DNA of 64,000 bases, taken from positions 1,152,001-1,216,000 of the forward strand of contig CAXVYR010000004.1 of the NCBI GenBank assembly GCA_963666975.2, given 5' to 3'. The position numbers were made by a program, and so were the translations under genes. Origin of the DNA: Terriglobia bacterium (GTDB lineage Bacteria; Acidobacteriota; Terriglobia; 2-12-FULL-54-10). Positions within the stretch are counted from its first letter, which is position 1; each line of letters opens with the position of its first letter. The notes below the pieces were generated by a model. The model was not told the origin of the DNA, did not search any database, and saw nothing but the letters and a program-made list of their open reading frames with translations. This document shows positions 1-10,241 of the stretch, in pieces.

Positions 1-366
1 GCTGCCGGTTCTTCAGAATATTGACTCGCAGCATGGGGCGGAAAAGTTATGAGCAGCGCCCAAAAGCACAGCAAGAAAATAGGCAAAAAGATGGAAAGGC
101 GGGTTCGTTTTCGCATAAGGCTCCTTTAAGCAAAGAGGGCCGGTTGAACGCCCCCAGACCCTGGGATATGCACGCCACGAAGGGAGTGGGAACCTCAACG
201 ACAAACGATGAAGACTACAACAGAATCCGTGGGTGCCCCTGGCTCATATTACTATAGATGCGGATTGTTGTCATTCGGTGCCTGTATAATTCAGGCAGGT
301 TGAAGCCACCGCGCTTCAGACGCATCCATAAGGCGAGGAGCCCCTTTTCGGGGGGACTATCGGCAT

Positions 367-1782
367 ATGCGCAGAACAAAGATCGTTTGCACGCTGGGTC
401 CGGCCACCCACAGCCGCGACGCCATCCAGGAGTTAATCCGGGCCGGGATGGACGTGGCCCGCTTGAACTTCTCCCACGGCACCTATCGGGAGCATGCGAT
501 GAGCGCGCGCTGGGTGCGGGAAGCATCGAAAGAACTGGGCCGCCCCGTCGCCCTGCTGCAGGACCTGTGCGGCCCCAAAATTCGCACGGGACGGACCCCA
601 AACCGCAGGCCCATTACTCTGAAGCAAGGGCAGAAGCTCCTGCTGACCTCCCTCAACGTGCAAGGCTCAAACCAGCGCATTTCAATCAGCTATGCGGGGC
701 TGGCCAGAGATGTTCGGCGGGGGAATACCATCCTGCTGAATGACGGGCTGATTCAGTTGCGCGTGCTCGGAATCTCGGGAAAGAACGTAGAGACGGAGGT
801 GATCCACGGAGGCCTCCTGGGAGAACACAAAGGCGTCAATCTGCCCGGCGTGCGGCTGCGCCTGGACGCGCTCACGCGCAAGGATGAAGCCGACTTGCGC
901 TTCGGGCTCCGGCTGGGGGTGGACTACGTGGCCCTTTCCTTTGTCAGGAAGGCGTCCGATGTCCGCCGGGTGAAAGACATTCTGGCGCGGGAAAAGGCGC
1001 AGACACCGGTGGTGGCAAAGCTCGAAAAGCCGGAAGCGGTGGAGAACCTGGACTCCATCCTGGCAGCGAGCGACGGCGTTATGGTGGCACGGGGCGATCT
1101 GGGCGTGGAGATGCCTCCCGAGCAGGTTCCTTTGATCCAGAAAAAAATCATCCGGAAGGCCGCGGCGGCTCAAATTCCCGTGATCACCGCCACGCAGATG
1201 CTGGAGTCGATGACGGACAATCCCCGGCCCACCCGCGCCGAGGCCAGCGACGTGGCCAACGCCATCTTTGACGGAACCGATGCCGTCATGCTCTCCGGGG
1301 AAACGGCTGTGGGCCGCTATCCCACCCAGGCTGTGGAAATGATGGCCCGCATCGCCATAGAGGCCGACAGCAGCACGCAGGAAACTTTTCTCCGCCGCAA
1401 ACACCGCCCCTCCAACATCGCCGAAGCCATCAGCGAAAGCGTCGTCTATGTCACTCATATGCTGAACGTCAAGGCGGTGGTGGTCTTCACGCAGAGCGGA
1501 TCGACGGCCCGGCTGATCTCTACCGGCTACCGCCCGCCTTGCCCTATCTATGCCTTCTGCCACCGAGAGCACATCAGCAACCGCGCCGCGCTCTACTGGG
1601 GCGTGGTTCCTTTCGCAATGCCTCTGGAGATGGACGCAGATGCCACCCTCGCTCAGGCTGAAGCGGAACTGCTCAGCCGGAGGCTGGTCTCGCGGGGTGA
1701 TATCCTGGCTGTCGTCTCCGGGATTCCCGGAAAGCCGGGCCAAACCAACCTGATGAAGTTGATCCGGGTGGGAGACGGTTAA
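367..1782 (+). CDS. pyk: Pyruvate kinase
   Basis: RRTKIVCTLGP N-terminus, ARLNFSHG, DGVMVARGDLGVE, ATQMLESM and DAVMLSGETA motifs; GGGGGA RBS upstream. Confidence 0.97.
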   Translation: MRRTKIVCTLGPATHSRDAIQELIRAGMDVARLNFSHGTYREHAMSARWVREASKELGRPVALLQDLCGPKIRTGRTPNRRPITLKQGQKLLLTSLNVQGSNQRISISYAGLARDVRRGNTILLNDGLIQLRVLGISGKNVETEVIHGGLLGEHKGVNLPGVRLRLDALTRKDEADLRFGLRLGVDYVALSFVRKASDVRRVKDILAREKAQTPVVAKLEKPEAVENLDSILAASDGVMVARGDLGVEMPPEQVPLIQKKIIRKAAAAQIPVITATQMLESMTDNPRPTRAEASDVANAIFDGTDAVMLSGETAVGRYPTQAVEMMARIAIEADSSTQETFLRRKHRPSNIAEAISESVVYVTHMLNVKAVVVFTQSGSTARLISTGYRPPCPIYAFCHREHISNRAALYWGVVPFAMPLEMDADATLAQAEAELLSRRLVSRGDILAVVSGIPGKPGQTNLMKLIRVGDG

Positions 1783-1821
1783 AAGTTTTTTACGTGCATT
1801 GGAATCGGCAGCGAATGCGGC

Positions 1822-2646
1822 CTACCGCTGCGGCATCATCATGTCGGTCTTCTGCAATCCCGGCGGCAGCGTAAATAAGTTCCCGTCCAGAGAGCGCCGC
1901 TCGACTTCCACCATCTCCCATTCCGAGGTCACATTCTGTCCCTCGTAGTTCCGCCAGCGCACAGGGAACCCGTCCATCTGCAAGCCTCCGGGCATTCCCC
2001 ATTTCGCCTCCGGATTGTTGCGGCTTAGCGGCCCGTAAAACTCGGCCATGGCGCGGAACGTCTCGAACTCGGCTTGCTGGAGTTGCGCTTGGTCCAGAGG
2101 GGTTACCCAGACCTCGCTGGTGCGCTGGCCGTCGGTCAGCACTTCGTAGAGGGTGCAAGTATAGGGGCCTACTCGCTCCCCTCGGCTCTTGACCTCGGCC
2201 GTCACCTTCGGGGCCGGCGCGCTCTGCGACTGCGGCATCCGTCCCTTCATCATCTGTTCGACCATGGCGCGCTGCTCGGGCGGCATGTTGGCGAGTTCCG
2301 ACTGCATCTGCTTCATGGCCTCTGCCATTTGGCCCATGGCTTGGTCCATGCTCTGCTTCATTTTTTGGATATCGGCAGCGGTCATTTCGATATAGGTGCC
2401 TTCGCCGGGCTGAATCATCCAAACCGTTTGCCTGCCCTGGTCGAAGATCATCACGAAGTCTTCGTCCCCGGAACTGTTGCCCTCGATGCGCAGTTTGCCC
2501 GCGTCAATATACAGAGTGACCTGCTGGGCAGGATTCTGGCTGCCCGGCTCCCGCTCAACCTGCCGGACAACCACCCCGGCCTGTGCCGTGATGACGAACC
2601 AGATCAGCCCAGCCAGGCAGAGTAAGCTTTGAAGCATTGTTCTCAT
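1822..2646 (-). CDS. Secreted protein, DUF4412-like
   Basis: Signal peptide ending AQA, beta-rich N-domain, Met/Gln-rich helical insert, C-terminal LFTLPPG motif; AAGGAG RBS. Confidence 0.65.
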   Translation of the reverse strand: MRTMLQSLLCLAGLIWFVITAQAGVVVRQVEREPGSQNPAQQVTLYIDAGKLRIEGNSSGDEDFVMIFDQGRQTVWMIQPGEGTYIEMTAADIQKMKQSMDQAMGQMAEAMKQMQSELANMPPEQRAMVEQMMKGRMPQSQSAPAPKVTAEVKSRGERVGPYTCTLYEVLTDGQRTSEVWVTPLDQAQLQQAEFETFRAMAEFYGPLSRNNPEAKWGMPGGLQMDGFPVRWRNYEGQNVTSEWEMVEVERRSLDGNLFTLPPGLQKTDMMMPQR

Positions 2647-2911
2647 AAAAGTCTCTCCTTTCGGCGTCCCAACCTACGGAAAAATCTTACGCTCCCACTG
2701 TGCGGAGGTCAATCGGCGCATTTTTATTCTCGCCACCTCTTCCCTGCCTTGTTGCGCCCGCCCAGATGCAGTCACTGATGCAGTCCCGAATACAGTTCCA
2801 GATGCGGGCATTTTGCTTGTTTTTATCGCGATACCTCGGATATACTAGCATCTTCCGCGTAACCCATATTTGACGAGCTTCCCCCAAATCTGTATCTAAA
2901 AGAGCCACCTG

Positions 2912-5866
2912 ATGGGCAGTTGGATGCCGGGGCGTTCCCCGCGTATTGCCAGAGTTGTTATTGCGTGCCTGCTTGCTGTATTGGCGCTTGCGCCCTCCCT
3001 TGTTTTTTCACAAACCGCACCGCCGCAGAACACGGCCGGCCCGTCCTCCGGATGGGAAGAGTGGTTCTTCGGCCAAAGACGCTATGGATTGGGATATATT
3101 CCGGATGATGCCCTGGCCAGTGCGGTAGCGCAACGGGACGGTTCAAGCTACGGTCTCGAAGCCCTGCGGCCAAGGGAAATCCACGACAACCGCTGGATCA
3201 GCATCGGCCCCGTAGGGATCAACTCCCTCAAGAACGATTTGGTGAGCGGCCGGATTCCCAGCCTGGCCATTGATCCCCTCAATCCCTCCACCGTGTACCT
3301 GGCGGCGGCAGCGGGAGGAGTTTGGAAGTCCACCAATCGCGGAAAGAACTGGACTCCCCTGACGGACCAGCTTCCCTCCCCGGCCTCCGGCGCAGTTGCC
3401 GTGGACCCCTTTTCCGGAGAGGTCTGGTACGGGACCGGGGAACTGAATTTTTGCCGCGACTGCTTCTACGGAGCGGGCGTTTACCGGTCTCCGGACGGCG
3501 GGACCACCTGGAACCGCGTCAACCCGGAAAGCTTTCTTTCCTCGCCCACCTCCGTCGTTCGTTTTGACCCTCGCAACCAGGGAACGTTGTTCATCGGGCG
3601 CTCCTCGGCTCTGTGGAAGTCCAGCGACGGCGGCCAGAACTGGCGCTCAACCCTGCTCGGGGTCGTGACGGATTTCCTTCTCCATCCCATCGACAGCTCC
3701 ATCGGCTACGCCGCGATCGGAAATTTTGCCGGAAGCCCCGAAAACGGAGTCTACCGCTCCACCGACGGTGGCGAGACCTGGACCCGCCTGGGGGGAGGGC
3801 TGCCGGAACAGGCCACTATGGGACGCATTGCGCTGGCCACCGATCCGACGGCTCCCTCCATCGTTTACGCGCTGATCGTGCGATCCAGCGACTTCAATCT
3901 CAACGGGCTGTACCGCTCGCTCGACGGCGGAGATAGTTGGAGCCTGCTCGGCAGCCTTCCGGAAGACCTCTTTATGGAAGCCGGCCGGGGGCAAGGCCTC
4001 TTCAATCTCTTCGTGGAAGTCGATCCAACCGACGGCGCGGTGATCTATGTGGGCGGGATCGACCTATGGAAATCCACCGACCACGGCGCAAGCTGGCAGA
4101 ACCTCAGCACGGCGGCCGGGCTGCACGAGGACCAGCGGGACATTGTTTTTGATCCTTCCGACCCGCAGACTTTTTACCTGATCAACGACAGCGGCGTGTG
4201 GCGCTCCTCCGACGGCGGCCAGCGCTTTACCAACCTAAACGGCTCGCTGGCTGTGACACAATTTCAAACCGTAGGCTTGCACCCCGGCAACCCCAGCCTG
4301 GCGGTAGGCGGAACCCAGGATAACGGCACAATCCTGTACCGGGGCGGCTTCGCATGGGACCAAGGCCGGGCAGGCGACTCCGGGGCCGCCTTCTATGAAA
4401 GTTCCAATCCCAAAACAATCTATACGGTCGCCAACAAACTCTCTTTGCGGCGTTCCGACGACGGGGGCCAGACCTTCCATTCCATCTCCGAAGGCCTCGA
4501 TCCTGCCGACCGTGTCCTGTTTTATCCTCCCTTTTTGGCCGATTCCAGCCAGCCCGGCTTGCTCTACTTTGCCACTCACCGGGTATGGCAAAGCCGGGAT
4601 CAAGGCGACCACTGGACACCTCTTTCCAGAGACCTGACCGGCGGCGGCTCGGCCACGATCAGCGCTTTGACTCTGGCTCCCAGCGGTTCTCAAGTGCTCT
4701 ATGTGGGCACCAGCGACGGTCGGGTGCAGATCTCCAGAGACGGAGGAAGAAGCTGGTCTCCCTCCTCCCCTCTCCCGGACCGTTTTGTGACCTCTATCGC
4801 GGTGGACCCGCAGTCGCCGCAGCGCGCTTTTGTGGGGCTCTCCGGCTTCGGCACCGGCCACGTCTTCCGCACGGAAAACCGCGGAGGAAACTGGATCGAC
4901 ATCAGCCGCAACCTGCCCGACATCCCCGTGAATGCGGTGCTGATCGATCCGGTTGCGCCGCAGACGGTGTACCTGGGAACCGACATCGGCGTTTTTGTTC
5001 TGGCCGAAGACGGCACATGGTCCCCGTTCAACCAAGGAATGCCTAACGTCATTGTGCTGGGACTCTCCATCAACCCCGCCACGGGCCTGATGGTCGCCGC
5101 CACACACGGGCGAAGCGCATTTGGGCTGGCGTGGGGAGAGCCTGCCCGGAGCGCGCCCCATCTGGGCGCGATACTCAATGCGGCGGGCTTTGAACGCGGG
5201 CCCCTGGCGCCGGGCATGGCGGTGGCGCTGTTCGGGTCGAATCTGGCGTCTACCACCGCCTCTCCGGCGAATCCCTTTCCCTTTCCTGTTCCCTTCCCTA
5301 TTCCCTTTGTGCTGGGCGGCGTGGCAGCCTCGGTGAACGGCGTTTCCGCGCCGCTGTTTTTTGTCTCTCCCGGCCAGGTAAACCTTTTGGTGCCGTACGA
5401 CATCCAGGGACCGATGGCGGAGGTGAAGCTTCGCAACGAAGGCGGAGAAGCTTCCGTCAGGATTCCTCTGGCCGCTGCCAGCCCCGGAATTTTTCAGAGC
5501 GGAGCGGAGGGGAGCATTTTCCACGGCGACGGCAGGCGCATCTCCGAAGCCGCTCCCGCTCAGCCTGGAGAGATACTGGTCCTTTTCGGCGGCGGGCTGG
5601 GCGCGGTGGCGCCTGCTGTTGCCAACGGGTTTCCTGCTCCGTTATCTCCGCTGGCCAAAACCACGAACCTGCCGGTTGTCACGGTGGGAGGCATCCCGGC
5701 CGAGGTGCTCTTCTCCGGCTTGTCACCCGGATGGATCGGCCTCTATCAGATAAACTTCGTCGTCCCCGCAAGGCCCTCTTCCGGCAGCGTGCCGGGCGTT
5801 GTCCCGGTCGTTGTCGAGGTCGCGGGATCCTCCAGCAATTCGGTCACGATCCATATGCTGCCGTGA
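2912..5866 (+). CDS. Secreted BNR/Asp-box beta-propeller protein with Acidobacteria-type (TIGR03437-like) C-terminal domain
   Basis: Signal peptide; repeated SxDGGxxW Asp-boxes; C-terminal NAAGF..LAPG..LFGSNL, VSPGQVN and GLYQINFVVP motifs. Confidence 0.85.
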   Translation: MGSWMPGRSPRIARVVIACLLAVLALAPSLVFSQTAPPQNTAGPSSGWEEWFFGQRRYGLGYIPDDALASAVAQRDGSSYGLEALRPREIHDNRWISIGPVGINSLKNDLVSGRIPSLAIDPLNPSTVYLAAAAGGVWKSTNRGKNWTPLTDQLPSPASGAVAVDPFSGEVWYGTGELNFCRDCFYGAGVYRSPDGGTTWNRVNPESFLSSPTSVVRFDPRNQGTLFIGRSSALWKSSDGGQNWRSTLLGVVTDFLLHPIDSSIGYAAIGNFAGSPENGVYRSTDGGETWTRLGGGLPEQATMGRIALATDPTAPSIVYALIVRSSDFNLNGLYRSLDGGDSWSLLGSLPEDLFMEAGRGQGLFNLFVEVDPTDGAVIYVGGIDLWKSTDHGASWQNLSTAAGLHEDQRDIVFDPSDPQTFYLINDSGVWRSSDGGQRFTNLNGSLAVTQFQTVGLHPGNPSLAVGGTQDNGTILYRGGFAWDQGRAGDSGAAFYESSNPKTIYTVANKLSLRRSDDGGQTFHSISEGLDPADRVLFYPPFLADSSQPGLLYFATHRVWQSRDQGDHWTPLSRDLTGGGSATISALTLAPSGSQVLYVGTSDGRVQISRDGGRSWSPSSPLPDRFVTSIAVDPQSPQRAFVGLSGFGTGHVFRTENRGGNWIDISRNLPDIPVNAVLIDPVAPQTVYLGTDIGVFVLAEDGTWSPFNQGMPNVIVLGLSINPATGLMVAATHGRSAFGLAWGEPARSAPHLGAILNAAGFERGPLAPGMAVALFGSNLASTTASPANPFPFPVPFPIPFVLGGVAASVNGVSAPLFFVSPGQVNLLVPYDIQGPMAEVKLRNEGGEASVRIPLAAASPGIFQSGAEGSIFHGDGRRISEAAPAQPGEILVLFGGGLGAVAPAVANGFPAPLSPLAKTTNLPVVTVGGIPAEVLFSGLSPGWIGLYQINFVVPARPSSGSVPGVVPVVVEVAGSSSNSVTIHMLP

Positions 5867-6056
5867 TCGGTGCGGGCCCACATTAGACCCTCTCTCACAC
5901 CCCTGCGACACAACGCAACCGCTCCAAGCGCCATCTAATTCCTTGCTGTCTGCCGTGCGCATGGCAAAAGGCAAAGAAAGCATCGACCTGTTTGTTCAAT
6001 CTTTGGTAAGGTAAGGGAACAGAAAACGGAACGCAGAGAAGCAGGAGGGCACCACC

Positions 6057-7433
6057 GTGACGGGCTCCACGATAAATTTGCATACCCGGAATTTGCATAC
6101 CGGGAACTTACATGCCGGAAAATGGAGCGGGTTGGTTTGCGGGGTTTTAGCGTGTTTGCTGGCCGTAACGGCGCTGGCCAACTCAGCATTGGCGAATGTC
6201 CAAGCCGAGCAGAACCTGAAGGACCCCGAGCCCAAAGTGCGCGAGCGGGCCGCACAGGAGCTGGGCGAGGGAGGCAATCCCGCCTACGTGACGGTCTTGG
6301 CAACCGCCGTCCGGGATAAAGATGAAAAAGTGCGCATGGCGGTGGTGAAATCCCTGATCCGCCTGGGAACCGAGGCCAGCCTGGAGCCGCTCTTGCTGGC
6401 GGTGCGGGATTCGATTCCGGAAATCCGTGACTGGGCGATCAACGGACTGGTGAATTTCTATCTTCCCGGATACGTGGACACGGGAGTCAGAGGCTTTTTC
6501 CGCTCGATGCGAGCGCGTGTGGGAGACTTTTTTTCCGACGTGGACACGGTGGTGGTTGATCCCGACGTGCAGCCGAGCGCAGAGGTGGTCCGGACGCTCG
6601 GCCAAACCGTGACCGGCGCTCCGTATATGCAAACACGGGTTCAGGCCGCGCGGGCGCTAGGAATCCTCCGGGCGAAGGCGGCCGTTCCGGACCTGATCGA
6701 AGCCGCCTTTGCCGACGATGTGGATCTCATCCTGGAGGTCTTGCGGGCGTTCCAGAAAATCAAAGAGACCTCCGTGGGACCGCGAATTTCTTTCCTTTTG
6801 AACTATCCGCAAAAGAGCGTACAGAGCGCGACAGCCGTCACGCTGGGACTGCTGCGAACCGAATCGGCCATCCCGGAACTGCAGAACCTGCTCGAAACCA
6901 CCGGAGAGAAGGATGTCCGTGTGGCGGCGCTGGATGCTTTAGCCTTCATGCCCCAGCCAGAAACCGGACCTGTATTTTTAAGATACCTAGAGAACAAAGA
7001 GAAGCTGCTGCGTGCTGCGGCGGCTTTAGGTCTCGGCAGGCTCAAAGAACTCCGCTACCCCGGCGCCCTGGAGCAGGCGCGGCAAATGGAACGAGACCGC
7101 AGCGTCCGCCTGGCGCTCGATTTTGCTCTGGTGGCGCACGGAAACATGGATTATCTGGAAAATGTGGTTTCCGAACTCGATTCCCGCGTGCGGCGAGGCG
7201 AGGCCCGTCCCTACCTGATCGAGCTGGCGCGCGAGCAGCACATTCGCGAGGCGCTGCGCCCGCACCTGTATTCCACCGACGCCGACATCCGCAAGAACCT
7301 CTGCATGGTGTACGCGGCATCCGGGACCAGCTCGTCCATCAGTTACCTGGAGGTTCTCCTGGACGACTCCAACGCAGAAGTAGCTGAGGAGGCCAGCCGC
7401 GCCATCCGCATCCTGCAATCCCGCGGCCTGTAA
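6057..7433 (+). CDS. Exported HEAT-repeat protein
   Basis: N-terminal hydrophobic signal; repeated VRxxAAxxLG HEAT units; AGGAGG RBS before GTG. Confidence 0.8.
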   Translation: MTGSTINLHTRNLHTGNLHAGKWSGLVCGVLACLLAVTALANSALANVQAEQNLKDPEPKVRERAAQELGEGGNPAYVTVLATAVRDKDEKVRMAVVKSLIRLGTEASLEPLLLAVRDSIPEIRDWAINGLVNFYLPGYVDTGVRGFFRSMRARVGDFFSDVDTVVVDPDVQPSAEVVRTLGQTVTGAPYMQTRVQAARALGILRAKAAVPDLIEAAFADDVDLILEVLRAFQKIKETSVGPRISFLLNYPQKSVQSATAVTLGLLRTESAIPELQNLLETTGEKDVRVAALDALAFMPQPETGPVFLRYLENKEKLLRAAAALGLGRLKELRYPGALEQARQMERDRSVRLALDFALVAHGNMDYLENVVSELDSRVRRGEARPYLIELAREQHIREALRPHLYSTDADIRKNLCMVYAASGTSSSISYLEVLLDDSNAEVAEEASRAIRILQSRGL

Positions 7434-7500
7434 CGGGCGCGGATTGACAGGTTGCTGCCTGCGGTTTCCGGTTTAGCCTGACGTTCAACGGCACCCTCGG

Positions 7501-8157
7501 TTGCAGAACAGCGGGAAACTGCTGGCATCCACTTTCCGTTTTCTCTCTGTGGTAAAATCTATAGTTTCAAGCAATGGAAAACAGGCCGGGGCCGCGGGAC
7601 CAGCCGGAAGCCCCGGAAGGGAAACGCTTATTTCGGCTTTTGCATCGGCAGAGACACGGATTCTAGCCATCGATCCGGGTTCCAAAAGAATGGGCTTGGC
7701 CGTCAGTGATCCTTTGGGACTCACGGCGCAGGGCCTGCCTACGATGGCTAGAAGGAACAAAAAGCAGGACCTGAACTTTTTGAAGTCGTTGGTGCGCAAG
7801 TACGGTGTTTCGTTGATTGTCCTGGGCAACCCCCTGCAGATGGACGGCAGCGAAGGCGCGCAATCGGAAAAGGTGCAGGATTTCGCCAGGCAACTGGAGC
7901 AGCACCTGCTGGACCAAAACCTGGGAGTGACGGTGCGGTTGTGGGACGAGCGACTGACCAGCGTGGAAGCCACTCGCGTGCTGCGGCAATCGGGAGCGGG
8001 AACGGCCGAAAGGGGAAAAGCCGTAGATCAGATAGCGGCGGTGTTGCTGTTGGAAAATTTCCTGGACTCGCAGCGGCACTCCCGGCTTTCCGCATCCCCC
8101 GATTCCGAGCCGGATCCAGAGCGCAAGTCAGAGCGCAAGACAGAAAGTGAAGCATGA
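7501..8157 (+). CDS. ruvX: Holliday junction resolvase-like protein RuvX/YqgF (true start probably downstream of ORF start)
   Basis: RILAIDPGSKRMGLAVSD, WDERLTS and VDQIAAVLLLE motifs. Confidence 0.92.
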   Translation: MQNSGKLLASTFRFLSVVKSIVSSNGKQAGAAGPAGSPGRETLISAFASAETRILAIDPGSKRMGLAVSDPLGLTAQGLPTMARRNKKQDLNFLKSLVRKYGVSLIVLGNPLQMDGSEGAQSEKVQDFARQLEQHLLDQNLGVTVRLWDERLTSVEATRVLRQSGAGTAERGKAVDQIAAVLLLENFLDSQRHSRLSASPDSEPDPERKSERKTESEA

Positions 8158-9152
8158 CCCAAACGAGGGCCAAAATCTTGGGGACCACAATGGCCGGGGC
8201 CTTGTTGTGGGGAATGTGGATTCTGGCCGACGGCACCCGGCCCTACCTGCGCGGGAAGGCCCCGAAGCAAGTGGAGATTCAGAGGGGAACCGGCATATCG
8301 CAGATTGCGCGGCAACTCCAGGAAGCGGGGGTGATTCGCAGCACGCAGACGTTCCTTTGGCTGCACTACCTGCGGCCGGGTCAAACCCTGAAGGCGGGTG
8401 AATATGCCTTCCCTGGCCGCGTCTCGACACTGGAGGTGCTGCGGAAGCTGATTCGGGGGGATGTCGCTTACGATCTGCTGACGATTCCGGAAGGGTACAA
8501 TCGTTTCGAGATTGCCGGCGCTGTGTCGGCTCAAGGGCTGGCGACGCGCGAAGAATTCCTGGAGGCGAGCGAGGATGCAAGCCTGCTGGCGGACATAGAC
8601 CCGGAGGCCACCGACCTCGAGGGCTATCTGTTCCCCGACAGCTATCACTTTTCTCCCCGGCTCGGGGCAGCCGGGATGGTTCAGGCCATGGTGGACCGGT
8701 TCCGCGAAGTGTACTCCAGCCTGGCGCCAACAGGCGAAAAGCGCCCGATCCGCGAAATCGTCACGATGGCCTCTTTGGTGGAAAAAGAAGCTAATGAGCC
8801 GGAAGAACGGACGCTGATTGCGGCAGTTTTTTATAACCGCCTCGAACGGCGCATTCTGTTGCAATGCGACCCGACGGTCATCTATGCGGCGATGCTCGAA
8901 GGCCGCTACGACGGGAAGATTCGGCAGTCGCACTTAAACTCGCCGTCTCCTTACAATACGTACAGGCACCGCGGCTTGCCGCCGGGCCCGATCGCCAATC
9001 CGGGAAAGGCGTCCCTGAGCGCTGCCCTGCGCCCAGCCTCCAGCGATTACCTTTATTTTGTGGTGAACCACAACGGAGGGCACACCTTTTCGAGAACCTT
9101 GGGAGAGCACAACCAGGCGGTCAGCCTCTACCGGAAGGGCTGGAGCCAATGA
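8154..9152 (+). CDS. mltG: Endolytic transglycosylase MltG
   Basis: TIPEG, LEGYLFPDSY, ASLVEKE, LQCDPTV and SPYNTY..GLPPGPIANPG motifs; ATGA overlap with ruvX. Confidence 0.95.
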   Translation: MTQTRAKILGTTMAGALLWGMWILADGTRPYLRGKAPKQVEIQRGTGISQIARQLQEAGVIRSTQTFLWLHYLRPGQTLKAGEYAFPGRVSTLEVLRKLIRGDVAYDLLTIPEGYNRFEIAGAVSAQGLATREEFLEASEDASLLADIDPEATDLEGYLFPDSYHFSPRLGAAGMVQAMVDRFREVYSSLAPTGEKRPIREIVTMASLVEKEANEPEERTLIAAVFYNRLERRILLQCDPTVIYAAMLEGRYDGKIRQSHLNSPSPYNTYRHRGLPPGPIANPGKASLSAALRPASSDYLYFVVNHNGGHTFSRTLGEHNQAVSLYRKGWSQ

Positions 9153-9221
9153 GAGTTTCCTCCCGGGCCGCTTCCCGGAGATGCTAACCTGGCGGCCAGC
9201 AAGAGGCCGCATGATCGAGGA

Positions 9222-10241
9222 ATGGGTCATTCATTGAAACTTAGTTACGATGACGGTTTTTCGCGCCACTGGAATCCCCACTGGAATCCAATGACGCCTT
9301 TCGTTCGCCGAAGCTCGTGTCCCACCGGCAAAGACGCAGGCCGGTTGCAGGCCCGCTTGCCGGCCTTATTGCCCGTATTGTTGCTTGTGCTGCTGGCAAC
9401 CTCCGGCTGCGCGGTGCAACGAAGACAACGGCTGCCCGATGCAATACAGGCGCCTGCGCTGCAACAGGCAACGCTGGAAGAGTTGCTGGAGAAGATTCAA
9501 ATCCAGCAGGATGCAATCCAGACACTGGAAGCAACTGTGGAGCTCGCGCCTTCGGTCACATCGCCGGACCAGGGGGAAATTGTGCAGTACCGGGATGTCC
9601 GGGCTTTTATTCTGATCCGCAAGCCTGCTTTTCTTCGGATGATCGGACAGTATCCCGTTGTGCGGAGTACGGCGTTTGATATGGCTTCCGACGGAGAAAT
9701 GTTCCGCCTCTATATTCCCTCCAAGAACCGGTTTATTATTGGAAAGAGCCGCGAAGGGCGGCGCTCCAAATCAGCGCTGGAGAACTTGCGCCCGCAGCAC
9801 ATCCTGGACGCTCTGCTGGTGAGCGGGCCGGAGCCGGGACGGGAACAGGCGGTGCTGGAAGTCGCATCGGAGGTCCGGAACAGTTTCTACATCGTCCACG
9901 TTCTCCGCACAGACGCAGACGGGAAATTGTCGCTGGCCAGAAAATTTTGGTTTGAGCGGCAGGGGCTGTCGCTCGCGCGTTTGCAGATATACGATGAAAG
10001 CGCGGAGGTGGCGAGCGACGTGCGTTACTCCAACCACGCCGAGTTTTCCGGCATCTCTTATGCCCGGCGAATCACCTTGGACCGGCCCAAAGACCGGTAC
10101 GGATTAAATCTGTCGATCTCCAAAATGGAGTTCAACCGGCCGCTCGGCGAAGAAAAATTCTCCATGGAACAGCCGCCGGGCACAGAAATGATTAACTTGG
10201 AACAGCAATCGCTGCCGGAGGGAGAAACAGACGTTGGTTAA
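9222..10241 (+). CDS. Lipoprotein with LolA/LolB-like fold (DUF4292-like); start uncertain
   Basis: Lipobox-like ATSG-C after hydrophobic stretch; beta-rich body; C-terminal F..EQPPG as in LolA-fold proteins. Confidence 0.6.
   Translation: MGHSLKLSYDDGFSRHWNPHWNPMTPFVRRSSCPTGKDAGRLQARLPALLPVLLLVLLATSGCAVQRRQRLPDAIQAPALQQATLEELLEKIQIQQDAIQTLEATVELAPSVTSPDQGEIVQYRDVRAFILIRKPAFLRMIGQYPVVRSTAFDMASDGEMFRLYIPSKNRFIIGKSREGRRSKSALENLRPQHILDALLVSGPEPGREQAVLEVASEVRNSFYIVHVLRTDADGKLSLARKFWFERQGLSLARLQIYDESAEVASDVRYSNHAEFSGISYARRITLDRPKDRYGLNLSISKMEFNRPLGEEKFSMEQPPGTEMINLEQQSLPEGETDVG

Noticed and set aside
60-150. Possible c-di-GMP-I riboswitch (GGCAAA...GAAA) upstream of pyk
   Set aside because: Required stems and the downstream GCAAAGC motif do not form.
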